Part shown: positions 23,401-36,229 of the stretch, one piece after another | Position numbering within the stretch: the stretch's first letter is position 1 | How the letters are laid out: every line of letters starts with the position of its first letter | NCBI GenBank assembly: GCA_030704615.1 | Contig: CM060731.1 | Coordinates: 15,066,001-15,130,000, forward strand | DNA: 64,000 nucleotides | From: Takakia lepidozioides | Taxonomy: Eukaryota; Plantae; Bryophyta | Reading direction: 5' to 3' | The notes under the pieces: generated by a model | What the model saw: only the letters and a program-made list of their open reading frames with translations | Database searches by the model: none | What the model was told of the DNA's origin: nothing | Program-made: the position numbers and the translations under genes

Positions 23401-24574
23401 TACTAGGTTTTGATGCCATGATCAACTGCTGCATTCAGCCGAATCATCTGCACTCCATTCATTCAAGCAAAAGACTTGAAATTTAGGGTTTGATACCGTG
23501 ACCAACGATTGTCATTCATCCGTACCACTTGCACTCCGTTGGCCCAAACAAAGGATTTACTCGCCGAGTCCAGGGTTTGACCCCACGACTGCCGTGATTG
23601 ACGATGTCGCTCATTCATCCCACCCACATTCTCATCCGTTGAAAGAACCAAGATTCGCTTATCTCCCTCAAGTCGCGCAGGATCCTTCAGGTTTTGGAGG
23701 TTATGGTGCCAAACTCTTTAGATCCTTTCTGAGTAGCAAGTTTCTTTGAATTGGTTGTGTTTTGGTAGGACTACTTGCTGCCACAAGAATATGTGCCAAT
23801 CATGCGCTCTTCCATGCTGGACAAATGCCCTGTCTCTACCTATGATCAAGTTTTGCGATGTCTTCAAGGCTGAGCTTGGCCGGCTTCCCCATGAGGTAAA
23901 CATGTTCTCCTTATGCGTACTTGGCTTAAGATCATTCCTACAATCAGGGTAAAGTCACTATTTTTCAATTTACTAAGCTGTAGACTTCAAATATAGGTTG
24001 TAGCATGATGGTTTGACTTATTTTTCAATTTTGGAACTGTGTAGGTCTTAAGAAACCTGTAGGAGTTATCCCAGTGAATATATGGCATACAAAATGGGAA
24101 ATCCATTTGCTATATGTTCCCTGGAATCTTCAGGTGTCCTAGTGCCCCCACAAACTACACAGTGCCCCCTGCAAAGATGTTCCAACACCAAAGTTGGATG
24201 TACAGTGTCTGGCAGATAACAACTGAGGAGAGGATCCTGTTTGGTACCATCCTGTCACATCAACTAGAGAGCTAGCACTTGTCTCTACTATATCCCTTCT
24301 AATTATTGTCAAACCACAATGGCTTCCATTCCCTCTTAACACTACTGGAGTGAGTCCCTCACAAAGGTGTCGCCTGTTCCGGATATTTCTGCCCAAACTG
24401 GGCGGGGGGTCTGTGGCTAGAAGGTTACGGCATAAAGGTCTCATGACTACGTTCACTCTCTCACTCTCATTCCCTTTCTCTCTTTCTTATCAATATATCA
24501 GGGCCTTTTTCCCTGTCAACAGAAAAAATAGAAAAGGTACATGCTGAGCGGGTTATTCGGTCTCCACATGAGAG

Positions 24575-24610
24575 AGGAGAGACAGAGAGAGAGAGAGACA
24601 GAGAGAGAGA
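24575..24610. repeat. (GA)n microsatellite, imperfect
   Basis: Direct reading of the sequence. Confidence 0.7.
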
Positions 24611-24986
24611 CTTAGCTTGCCGTAGCCTTGTGGCCATAGACCTTGTGCCCAGTTTGGCAAGGGCATCACTCCAGTAGTGTGGGGTCTCATTGAAGGGCTC
24701 ACTTGAAGGGTCTTGGGTCAGATATAGTTGTCTGAGTGTGTCAATTGGGTGATGCAGGCGGTTGGTGGCTGAAGTACGCAATAGCCTACCCAAGGTCAGG
24801 ATCCTCACTTGTGCACCACTCTTTTGAGATATGACTGGACTCTTCTTCAAAATAAAAGAAGGGCCAGATGGAGAAGGGTGGGTTTGAGTATGAGAAGTGG
24901 GAGCAACAGTATGTCCAGCCTGTGGGTATGGATTCCTTGCAACAATGACAACGTTCCTCAAAATCGGCAAATGGGACTGATGTGGC

Positions 24987-25180
24987 TTGCAGGAACTTGA
25001 CTTCATGAATGAGGCCAGAAATTGTGGGCAGCGCGCCCAAAACTTAAATCTGTCACCACAGCTGACTTCCGACATTGTTGTGCCACAAATATACGGGGAG
25101 TGGGGGAGTGGAGCACCTCACACCTCATGTGTACTTTCCATGGAGTTCATGGAGGGTGTGGGCATCACCGATGTGGAGCT
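24987..25180 (+). pseudogene. ABC1/UbiB atypical kinase exon fragment
   Basis: QELDFMNEARN...IVVPQIY...VLSMEFMEGVGITD is the ABC1 family signature (ELDF..EA.N...VP......VL.ME...G); the rest of the gene is not evident. Confidence 0.75.
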
Positions 25181-25918
25181 GCCATACAAAAGGAGTGCCA
25201 TAGGGGATCTGAGGATCATAGGTTTCTTCTCGGTACAGAACTTGGATGGATCAATTTAGAGGAGCATATCTGCAGTTTCCTTTTGGACTTGGTTATAGCC
25301 TTTCTCAATGGAAGCATATTTTACTGAAGATGGTTGACTACAATTTTCTGGCTTTTAGTGGGTTGATAAGCCCCTCTCTTATGTAAATGCACAAAAAACT
25401 TGAATTTCAATCTGCCACTTCTGATTTTAATGAAAAATAAACATTACAGAACCTTGGAGTAATTCAGAAGATCCCATTCAAAATCGAACTCAGGTCGATT
25501 TGACATTTCGTTTTGATTTGCATGTCTTTAGAAAATTCTGGGCATTGTTCCTAACATCAGCTCCTCCTTGTTCCAAATCCTCTAAGGAACAATTCTCCCT
25601 GATGTCATCAGCTCAGCCTACCTGCGTCCGTCATCTATTAGTTATCCCTTAATCCATCATGTCTGTCAAAACTGAAAGGCTTTGTCACATCAGAACAAAT
25701 ATTTTGGGTGGGAAAATAGGGCAGGTAGAGGGTTTCTCATTTCTCATGCAAAATATTCGAGACAATCCAAAGCATTTCTACTGCTGCAGCCCTAATAGTG
25801 CTGTAGGATTGTACAAAGAATCAGAGCATTTGGAGCATTTGGTTTCTCCAGAGAATGCAGTGGAGTTATTTGCTTGAGATGGAGGATAGTTGTGAGAAAC
25901 AAGGTCAGGACTTGTTGC

Positions 25919-28900
25919 TTACATGAGTGATGAGACTGGAGGCCTCAAACTGCGGGCAAGACCTTCAAAACTCTTTGCCAACTGCACTTCATCAAGGCTA
26001 ACCTGGAATGTGCCATCACCGGCCTTGGCCATATCCATCAGAATTTGCTTGTAAGGATCGCTGCCAAACATGATGGTGTGTACCACCAGCTTTGGGTCCA
26101 ACCGTTTCATCTTCTCCACACAGGAGACAGGCTGAACACCTCCATTGTTTCCTCCATCACTAAGAAAGATAATGACTGACCTTTTCTTCTGAATAGCCAC
26201 GTCTTTCGCCGAGCGCTCAAGAATTTGTTCTGCTGACTCGAGGCCTCTGGAATAAGTTGTCCCACCACTTGCTTCAGAAGAGAGGAGCTGGTCAACAAGA
26301 TTTTCTTTGATGTCTTGCCTTCGAATACACAAGTAGCAGTCGTATTGAAAAGAACCACTGACACTGAGTCCTGCAGGCTGACAGCACTGCGGGTCCGTAT
26401 AAACCGAAAAATAGCCTCATACACACATCCTAACCGATTCCAGTGGGAAGAAGTGAATCTTGCCAATGTTGGGAAGGCATCTTGAGAAGCCATGGACCCT
26501 GACCTGTCGATCACAAAGATGACATGATTGGGCACATTCATGAGGTGGTCACAGCTGAAATGATGGCCATCATCGTTGACATATCCCATGCCAGTGGCGT
26601 GAGGTCCCATTTTCGAAACAGGGGGATGCCACAAGGGCTCTGTACAATATGATATTTGCTTAGAAGGACCAGATCCTGCGGATGCAGTGGCCGATGGACT
26701 GTGGTCACTAGATGGGCACTGATGGTCGCAAAGGGCAAATTGGCGCTGCTCATCTTCACTGCAGGGATCCTTGAACCTCATGCGTTTCCAGTAAGCAGCA
26801 TGCGTAACCTCATCCTTGGGAGTATCGAAATCTGGCCCATATTTGCAAGTCTGATGCCTTCCTCCCTCAAGGAATTTGCTGGCACAATTGCTGAGCTTAT
26901 CTTTGTTTTGACAAGGAATCAGATGGATATGGCCCCGACCCCGTGCCTTGCAGTGCATCATGCACATCTCTGCCAACCCCGACTCACCCCAAGTGTACTT
27001 CCGGTCAAGAATGTCAATGGCCATAGACTCAGATACAAAGCTCACATCTCTCATATTCCCATGGGTTGTAACATGACGCCCAGGGTGTCCAATGGGGAGA
27101 TGGCAGAAATAGCCACATGCTGCACACCTGGTCTCACAAAAGTGGACTGCGGAGGGGTTTTTGCTATGACAGTGTGGGCCATCATGACACTCCTTGAAAG
27201 GGGGAATTGCAATGCAGCATGTCTTTCTCAGTCCATTTTGCTCAGACACATGCTCATATTCAAAAGTTTGCCTTGAAATATGCGAGTCTTCTTCACAACT
27301 TCGGTCACCACCTCGCAGATTCCTTGGGCCTCACACTGCTCCTCACAACTGTGTTCACTCCCACATAAATGATGAGACACATTTAACTCCTCAGAATGGA
27401 AGTGGTCCATAGAAGCACATTTGCGGTTGCATCCTTTCATTGAGCACTGCAAGGGGCAAGATTTTTCGGGGCATTCATGCTGGAAATGTTCGCTGAGCTC
27501 AAAAGGGAAAACACATGGGTTTCCACAGAAGAGAAGTGAGCAAGTCTCTGGGCACATGTGTTGCCAGGAGTTGCATTTATGATCCCCGGCATGGCTGGCT
27601 TTCAGTGTGTACACCTTGTTGCAGTTTGATGCTTTGCCAAAGAAACTGCAATCATTTCCACATGTATGACTCTTCTGATGGCAGTCATGCTGGCCTTCAT
27701 GTCCCGCCACATCATTGCGCCCATTTTTATCACCACCTGCCATCAAATATTGTGTTACAAACATCTCAATTTCCATAGAACAGGAATTCAGACAGGTTGA
27801 ACGGTTTAAATTTGTAAGCAATTTGTCCAGTGACAACTGATTCAACTATTTAGTTCCAACCACCTGCGACAAAATAATGAGTTGCAATTCAATTTGATTA
27901 GACCAGAGTTCAGACAGGTTGAACAGTTCGGATCTCAAAGCAATTTGTACTCAGTGTCCACTGACACAAGCTTTTAGTCCAACCATTAACAACCCCATAG
28001 TAAGTGGAACGCCTACCACCCAGGATGCTTCTGTATACATACAAGTGGATTACAACAGTCAGGTGCATTGGGGTTATACCTGTAATGCTCTCACTGAGGT
28101 AGTAGCTGCATGTCTGGGTGCATCTGTGATCACCCTTGCAAGAATGATCACCAGGGTGTGCCTTCTCTTGTATACACCTCAGATAGCACCTCTCACATTT
28201 GCGGCTACAGAGAGAAAGGTGTTGTTTCAACTCAGCAAGCATTGCAACAGCTTCCAAGCGAATCTTCTGCACATCTCCATCATCAGCGAATTCCTCTGTA
28301 TTGGTGCTAATCCAATCCAGCACCCTTGATTTCCTTCGCTCTGCCAAAGCCTGTAAGAAGCTCTCAAAGGAAGAATGCCAGATCTCATCATTTCCTGCCC
28401 CGCGGGGAACCACCTTCTGAAATGTTTCTCTCAATGGCTGCAGAATGGCATCAAAAGTCACCTGGAAACACCAGCAGTAGCATCCAACCATACCCACTCT
28501 TAGAGCAACTCAACATAGTCTAATAGGTTTGCAGAGATAGGTGCTATATAAAAGGACTCGACTCCAACCAGTAGTATTTTCGCAGCTTTTGGGAAAGAAA
28601 TGCAGTGGCTCAGCAAAACGAGGAGACAGTCTTATCTTACTTGGCTTTCTTGAGGAGCAAGATGCACATGTGTGTCACAAACATCGAAAATGTAGTCGCC
28701 AGCTTGTAATTCGCCCAGCTGGTGTTGAGTGTCAAAATTGACAAGTACTTTCTCCTTATCTGCGACGGCAAGACACCCAGAAATGATAGCTGAGCCTAAA
28801 TGTTTCCTGAGCAAGTTCAGCTTCAAGGTGATCCGCTTGGTGTCGATAGGTGACCAATCTTTGGCACTGATCTGAGAAATCACCAACTTCAGGTCCCTTG

Positions 28901-31900
28901 CAAAACTCCGGCCACTTCTATGGCAAGCCTCCAGCTCTTCCAGGGTCTCAGCAATCTCGACTATGCTCTCCTGAGATCACATGATATGCTTGATAAGGTC
29001 ATGTGAGAAACTTCGTTAAAAATCATGTAATTTGATCAAGGCATGAGAGGGTATATGCTCTCTTGGCCCTTTTGAACCCTTAAACTAATGAACGAAAGAT
29101 AGTACAACAGACACTGAAGGCAGGACACATTTCATCAGATTTACTCAGTGTCTGTCACATTTTGAAGGCCTCATTCGCTGATTCATACATAAAAAGATTG
29201 GTAGCGGCCAACCTAGCCTGAAACTCAGGGCGCTGGAAGGGTGGCAAGGCAGCAATTGCAATCTCGCCACCATACATTGTCATTAGAAAATTTTCATGAG
29301 ATTTGTTGCACATCTGAGAGATCTTCTCATGAAATTCATGTTTCAGGTCATCAACATCTGATGTGTCCACATCTTTGATGGCTATGTAGAAGAGGCCTTT
29401 GAAAAGCTTGTCATCTTGCTTCACCACGCTGACCCCATACTGAAAGCGCTCAAAAACTGCTTCAGTCTCTTTGTCTAGGTGAAAATCCTGAGGATCAGAT
29501 CAGAATTGATTGGTAAGCCATTTATTGCCAAAGGGATCGAAAGTCTTCAAACTGTGTAAAATATAGAAGAGCTCTCTAGGTTTATGTCATGGTCTGCTCT
29601 TTCCTGTTACCACCAATTTGTGTATTTCTGATCTTGGAACCTTCTATACCATAAATCAGGTGGTAGAAACAACAACAACTGGCAACTACAGCAACAGAAG
29701 AAGCTGGAGGGTTCTGAGAATAACTTCCACAACATGGTACCCACTGTACATCAGTGAGACAATAAAGAGAGAATGAATTGCATCCTACCAAAAATGCATA
29801 TTGAGATATTAACATGCCTTTTTATTGAAGATGGTGATATTACTGACGGCAGCATTGAGGATGGAAAGCAGCTCCTGCTCACTGCGCTCAAAGCTCCCAA
29901 GGCCCTCGAAATCAAGGAGCACATAAAGACAATCATTTGTACTGCGCATGGTCATCCACACACCATCTGTGCATCGTCCACCAGCCACATCTAGCAGCGA
30001 GCCGCTCAAATGGTTGAGAAGATAAGATTTCCCACTGCTCTGCTTCCCCATGGACGAAATGACCTTAATGTTTCCAGCCCAGTTCTCCAGAACAGCATCA
30101 TAGAAGCCAAGGCGTATCACATTTGCAAGAGAGAGAGCGTCTGCATAGTTGAGGTCTGCTGAGATCTGAAGGCCATCAACAAGGGGCTTCATGCCATTGT
30201 TTTCCGCCCGAGCAATTTGAATGGGAACAAGGCAAACAAGATGGAGCATCCAAACACCCATCTTAGTCAAACTGAGCCCTTGTGCAATTCTGCCAGGTTT
30301 CTGCAGAAGACACTGTCCTAGGGATTGCACATGGAAAATGGTCTTCAATCTAGTAAAGTCTTTCCCCTTCTCTCTTTTCAGCTTCTCCATTGCTGATGTT
30401 AAGTGTTTCATACACTTTTCATCGATGTCTTTTGCTACCAACCCAGGGGATGCTCTCCATGTAAGATGAAAACAGAGCTCTCGAATGTGGCTGTCCCTAT
30501 CCATCAAAGGAGGGCTGGTGGAGAATTTGTCAAAAATGTGGTATAAATAGTCCAGTTCAAGGCAAGTCAAGACTTTCTTCAAGGAGCTCTTAGGTTTTGA
30601 CGTGTCTCGCGCACCATTTTGAACTTTGAACTGACAAACCTCAGATGCCGAAGTTATCTCCAGCACTTGGGACTTTATTACACCAGAATGTGCATTACCA
30701 TGGACAATGAGGAGGTGCATTTGAGGGCCAAAACACACCACTGCCACCTCCATGGTGTTGAAGTCTTGAACAAGAAGATCCAGCTCTATGGTCTTCAGAA
30801 AGGACATCGTGTCATCAAGCCTGTAAACTTCCAGCCATAAGGAAGTATCTGCCCCTTCCTTCCTGTGGATATCTGTGTTGCAATCACCGAACTTTGTTTT
30901 TAGATACTATTGGACATGGATATCTAGGTGTAATCCGAGAGGACCATATTGGTTGCCATCACATGTAACCTGAGGGAGCAACAGACGATGCAGGGATCTT
31001 TGGCTCTAAGATTCTTAAGAGGAGAAAACAGACAGACAATATATCCTTACAGGTAAGGTCTCGAAAATAAGCAAACTTGATTACACTACTGGCCCATGTG
31101 ACATCTGTTGTGGGTGGAGTGCAGATCCAGACACTAAGCTTTTGGGAGACTCGCTGTACTATGCATACCATACAGGTTATATCATCTAGGGAGCTCCACA
31201 GAGCCCACTAATCTACACAACTCCAAACGTGCATCCAGCCCAATGGTGTGTTTCAACCCCTTTTCATAAACAAAGGGCAGGCATGATATGCACCTTCTGT
31301 GGTGGCGTCAGTTCCTGGCAGACAAGTAGGTGTAGCTCCAATCTCGCTGCAGTTGTCACTTACATCTGGAGCAGTTTCACCGGAAGACTTGGCCACACTT
31401 CCTGTGATTCTTTTGTAGAAAACAAGTAGACATGATCAATCTGAAGAGATGCAAGCTTTAGAAACTGGCTTGGATATCATAATAGTGCGTGGCTTTATCA
31501 TGACAGGCTGTTGCAACTCAACAACTCGGACGCAGTGGGCTGAGTCAACTAATACTAACTCCTCCTTCCCAGGGACAAACTCCATCCACACAATCTCCAG
31601 AATCCCATGGTAATCTCCTAGACAAACATCCACACCAGTCCTGTGGACTCGTTGATGCGATGTATTCTGATTGTCAATGATGATTTGTCATACAAAGCAA
31701 GAAACTTGCAGGCTTCATCGAAAGCCACTAAATCGTAACCTCGGAAAAATTTCAGCACAGGATTCGCACTGCTCAGGTCCACCCCAAGTCTGGAGCCAAG
31801 GTATACACTTAAAGAAGATTCATTCAAAAACCTTAAAATGAACACCAGTACCTGGCCAGACTTCAAGTACACAACCTTCCACAAGCGCTGCTCATTTGAG

Positions 31901-34638
31901 TCCAGATCAATAACCTTGACTGGCTGTGAGAGACTAGGTACAATAACATGACCAATCTCGGACGTCAATAGATCCAGATCAGTTTTCATTGGGGCAAGCT
32001 CTACAGCTATCCAGGTGACATTCTCCTTCTCAACCACCTCATGTGAGTAGTGGATGGTCACTTTCCCCCTCCTGCTCTCTGATCTGGAACCCAGTCCCCT
32101 CACAAAATTCCATCCGGCAGCCATAATACCGACACGATCTGTACTGTCCAGTAGTTGACACTTCAACACAGAAAGGGTAGGCAGATCAGGAGAGCCTCTC
32201 GTGAGTATCTTGTTCCGGAGGCTTGTTAGATAGGCTGCTTTGTCAAGCTTGATGCTTTCCTTCAAAGATCGGGTCTCTTCCTGTAGATCTTGCTCAACCT
32301 GCACTCGTACCAACAGTGCAAAAGCCGTTTTGACAGTGGAAAAGACTTTGCCCTGGAATTCAGATCTGGCTTTCTTGTAAATTTCAAGGCATACAGTACT
32401 TACAGCAGGAGCCATCTCCATTTCTGCAACATCCAACCCCTCCGATTCAAGAATTTCTGAAAATTTAGTCTCCAGGGAGTGTTCTACATCTGGTGATAAA
32501 TTGAACTGTGCTGAGAGGTCCAAACCAGAGGCCTGCACCATTTTGTGAATGATCAAGTCTGTATGATCAGGACACTCTGAAGTCAATCCAAACGCTGAGG
32601 CATGGTGCTCCACAGCAAAGCTCACAAGAGATGCACTCTTCTTACATGGTAGCCTCACAAATTCAGTGCTAAACCTTCTTAAAATCTTATCCAGGGCAAT
32701 ACATTTGCACTAGCCAAGCTGCCCATCCAGCTCTCCAAGCCACTTCCTGATGAGCCCTTGACAAGCTCAAGGCTGACCACTTTTATCCGGCTCTCCCCAG
32801 TAATGTGCAAGAACAGGGGCTTTGACAGCAGCACCATACCTGTGACATCCATCCCAGCTGCAGGGAGGAGGCGAGCTATGAAACTGGGATTATTCTCTGG
32901 ACCTGCGGGTCTCAGGGTGATCTCTTGGCTGTACATGACGGGTCCAAAGGCCCTATCTGGTGCTTGGCGCCCAACAACAAAATGTGTTCCCTTCAATGGA
33001 ATGCTCATGATAAACCTGTCCCTCATCCTTCCTTCAAACCGGAACACAACCTCAGATCCAATGAATAGTATCTGCTGCGCCAATCTGTCTGGTTTTCGGA
33101 ATAGAACATCACAAAGCTCTCTTTCCAATTCATTAAAGACTAAGTGGTCCAAGACTCTTCTGTTCTCAGGTCGTTCGTCAAGGCTTGTGAAATCTGCCAA
33201 TGTGATTTCAACATTAGCAGCTTCCCCTATCTTCCATGGATCTGCACAGTCAGAATTGTTTGCATCTTCCCCATGATTAGCACCTTCCTGTTCTGTGTAT
33301 TCTGATATCTGACTTCCAGATTTTCTGCTAAGAGAATCTTGGAGTAATCCCTCTTCCCATGGATAGGTGAGCCGGAGGTAAGCCAGAAGGCCACATGCAA
33401 AAATATTCAGAACCTTTGCTTCTTGATTACTCACAATGGAGTCCTTCTTGTAGCTTCTATTGTTTTGCTCTGCTAATTTCTCCTCTGCATTCTCTTCAAT
33501 GGAGTGGAACTCCTGCAAACCTTCCAAATTAGCACATTGTAAGAGCGAGGTGAAGTCGCGGTCTCCCAATTTACTGACATCGAGATTATGTTTGGAAAGC
33601 CCAATCCTGAACAATTTGAGGGAGCTCATTCACTTGGACTGTCAATTGTTTACATTGCTCGATTGTTTGGGGAGACCGATCGATGGTGATAAGAACAGCT
33701 GACCGATGGAGACCCTGAGATAGCTTAATATCTTTAGCTGCTAATTGTTGAACGGGATAGACTTTGTCATTTGCGAACAATTGTTTTGAGCTTTTTGAGC
33801 ATAGGGGAAGCTCAAAACCAGGATGCAACTTGAAGTCATTCTCCGAGGCCTTAACAACAGAAATCTGCAATCTCTGAGTGCGCTGTTTCCTTGAGAATTG
33901 TGCGGCAGATGTGGACAGTGAGGCCACAACTTCGTGCCCGTCCATGCAAATGTAAATCGTGTCACATAGCTCTGTGAGATACCTCACAAAATTGCAAGAG
34001 ATGTCTTTCCTTGAAGCATCCTGCAGCTTCTTGCCCTGGTGCCAGTAGAAAACACAAAGACTCTCGTGTTTCAAAGACAAGTACAATCCTGGCTCTAACT
34101 TTCCCTCCCGCATCTGCACAGCCGCCTCGGTCGTGACGAACTCCTGCCTCGTGAGTATTTCAACCATCACATCCTTGCTTCCATAGAAGCCAACAATGGG
34201 CAAAGATAAATTGTTCAGCACTCCAAAATTTAATAGCTGCTTCTCATCGTGCCCAAGCCTTGCTGAGTTCGGCACCAGCCTGTTGCAAAGGCCAGAAATC
34301 TGATCGCGGGGAAGGACGACCTTCTCCACAAAGCTCAGGTCCTGCTTGTCTGTCCTTATCTGCATGAGCTTGTACAACGTACCATGTACAGGCAAGTTAT
34401 CAACACCCTCACACTCCGAATGCATACGTAAACACTGAGAGTCTGAGGTTGTCTGACAGAGCTGTTTACTATCTGCATCACTTTGATATAGCTCTTCGAC
34501 TCCACAGACGGGCTCAGAGTGCACCGCTGAATCTTCTGCAAGACGAATCTTCGAAGGATCGTTATGTGTTCCATCTCCTAAATTGTCTGTCGACCCTGTT
34601 TTCATCTTCTTTTGAGGTGTCTCTTCGTTTTCAGGCAA
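25919..34638 (-). pseudogene. Very large GBP/VLIG-type GTPase with Cys/His-rich repeats and a C-terminal vWA domain, frameshifted
   Basis: G1 GKQSSGKS, G2 RCTDG, G3 DFEG, G4-like IAIKD; repeated C..C...H.G.H.C motifs (26500-28200); vWA MIDAS VIFVIDRSGSM...GTT...FLSDG; apparent frame breaks near 33600, 32670, 31625, 30800-31450, 27245 and 26330. Confidence 0.8.
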
Positions 34639-36229
34639 AAACGTGTCTTTACCATTGTCACGGTTCTGATCACCGGAGACACGGCGAACTTCCGAGGATC
34701 CAAAGGAGAGACTTTGATGGGATGGTCGTGAGTGAATTTGTTACTGGATCTCCACCGTTGCCCGTTCCAAGTCGCTCTGGCTCATCATTGTGAGACTGCA
34801 GCAGGTAGCAGTCGTCTGATTCTCCAGCAGCGTAATATGGCCTGAAGTCTCTACCACCTCCCATTTGTTCCACTATTTAACTCTCAACACAGCTCACTGA
34901 AAGCCAATGGCTGCTTAAAAATCCATAGTTCTGTCTCTAAGAATGTGCAAGCCTCCATCTACAGCGACTGTCTAGAGCTGCATCCTGTGCCCTGCAAGCG
35001 CCGAAAACAAGCCCCGAGGTTCGCTTCACAGGTCAGCAAAATCTTATATGCAGTGTCCAACAATTAAGAATTTGCAGTAAAAACTCTATCGGATGGGGAC
35101 CGGATGCTTACATTTGGACGCTTTACATTATATCCCCTATACCAGTCCGTACCTGTCTATCGCCTTTTCGACGACGGCCAAAGAGCCGACAAATCACAAC
35201 AAACACCATCCGTGTCCAGAGTACATGGATATACACCGGATCAGCATGCAGCTTTCTGCATTCGAGGTAGAGAGACTGAAGGTTACGGACCGAACAAAGT
35301 CCGTGCAATGAATTCCATTCACCAAACACGCAGCAAATTGAATTGGATGACAGCATGTTTAGTGCCAAGACGTTACAGAGGCCTACCATACTGGCTCCTG
35401 CGATTGCAGAGAACGACTTGTACAGATCCAGCAAAATGACGTGAACGTGGACGTTGGAACGTCGCTTTCCAGAAAACTACCTGTTTCGATGTGTGCAAGA
35501 AATGCACGACGCATGGACAAATACGAATCTCCTGTGAGAAGAAGTTGAAAGGCGAGTAGTCCTCGTAGCTGGGATCCAGCCAAGCTGGTTTCGTTATACT
35601 TGAGTTGTTACCAGAAAACGACTCCTACAACGTATGAATTACACCGATATGATGAAATTCACGAACAAACTATCAATAGCTGGAACACACGAAGAACTGG
35701 TTGATTCCACAGAGATAGCGGGGGAAGGCAGATCGTTTGAGTTTTAAACACACACCCGTGCACAAATACAGCTGACTCGGTACGATCCTTAAGAGCACTG
35801 ACGCACAGCTGCAAATCGATGGACAATGGGGACAGGGTGGTGCAATCGATTAGCAGAAATAGCCCAGGCTCTCCAAATCTGCATTACCGGAAGCACTGAA
35901 CGCATCCACTACGTAAGCAATGAATGAGCCCTGCACAAACATATAAAGCAAAATCCAGGCAAATCAATCCATCATCAGCTACCGCACTTTACCTCCAACA
36001 CATTGCAATCCCTGCACGAGGACGTCCCACCACACGAGATAACCAAAGGGGGAGATAAAGAGAGAAGGCGCGAGAACGACGGCAGCACTTGTGACCGGCG
36101 GTGGCTCCCCCCGCCGTCAGGAACGCCGTTACACATTAAGACCATCATGAATATATAATCCTATTTATTAGCGAGTCATCTAATTATGGAAGGACTCACA
36201 AAAAAAAAAAACACAAAAAAAAAGGACTC

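Noticed and set aside
23463-23950. RTE-like C-terminal motif (VVRMNDNRW)
   Set aside because: Too short and degraded to call with confidence.
35123-35434. Leu-rich ORF resembling an F-box/LRR fragment
   Set aside because: Only a vague LxxLxL pattern and no supporting exons.
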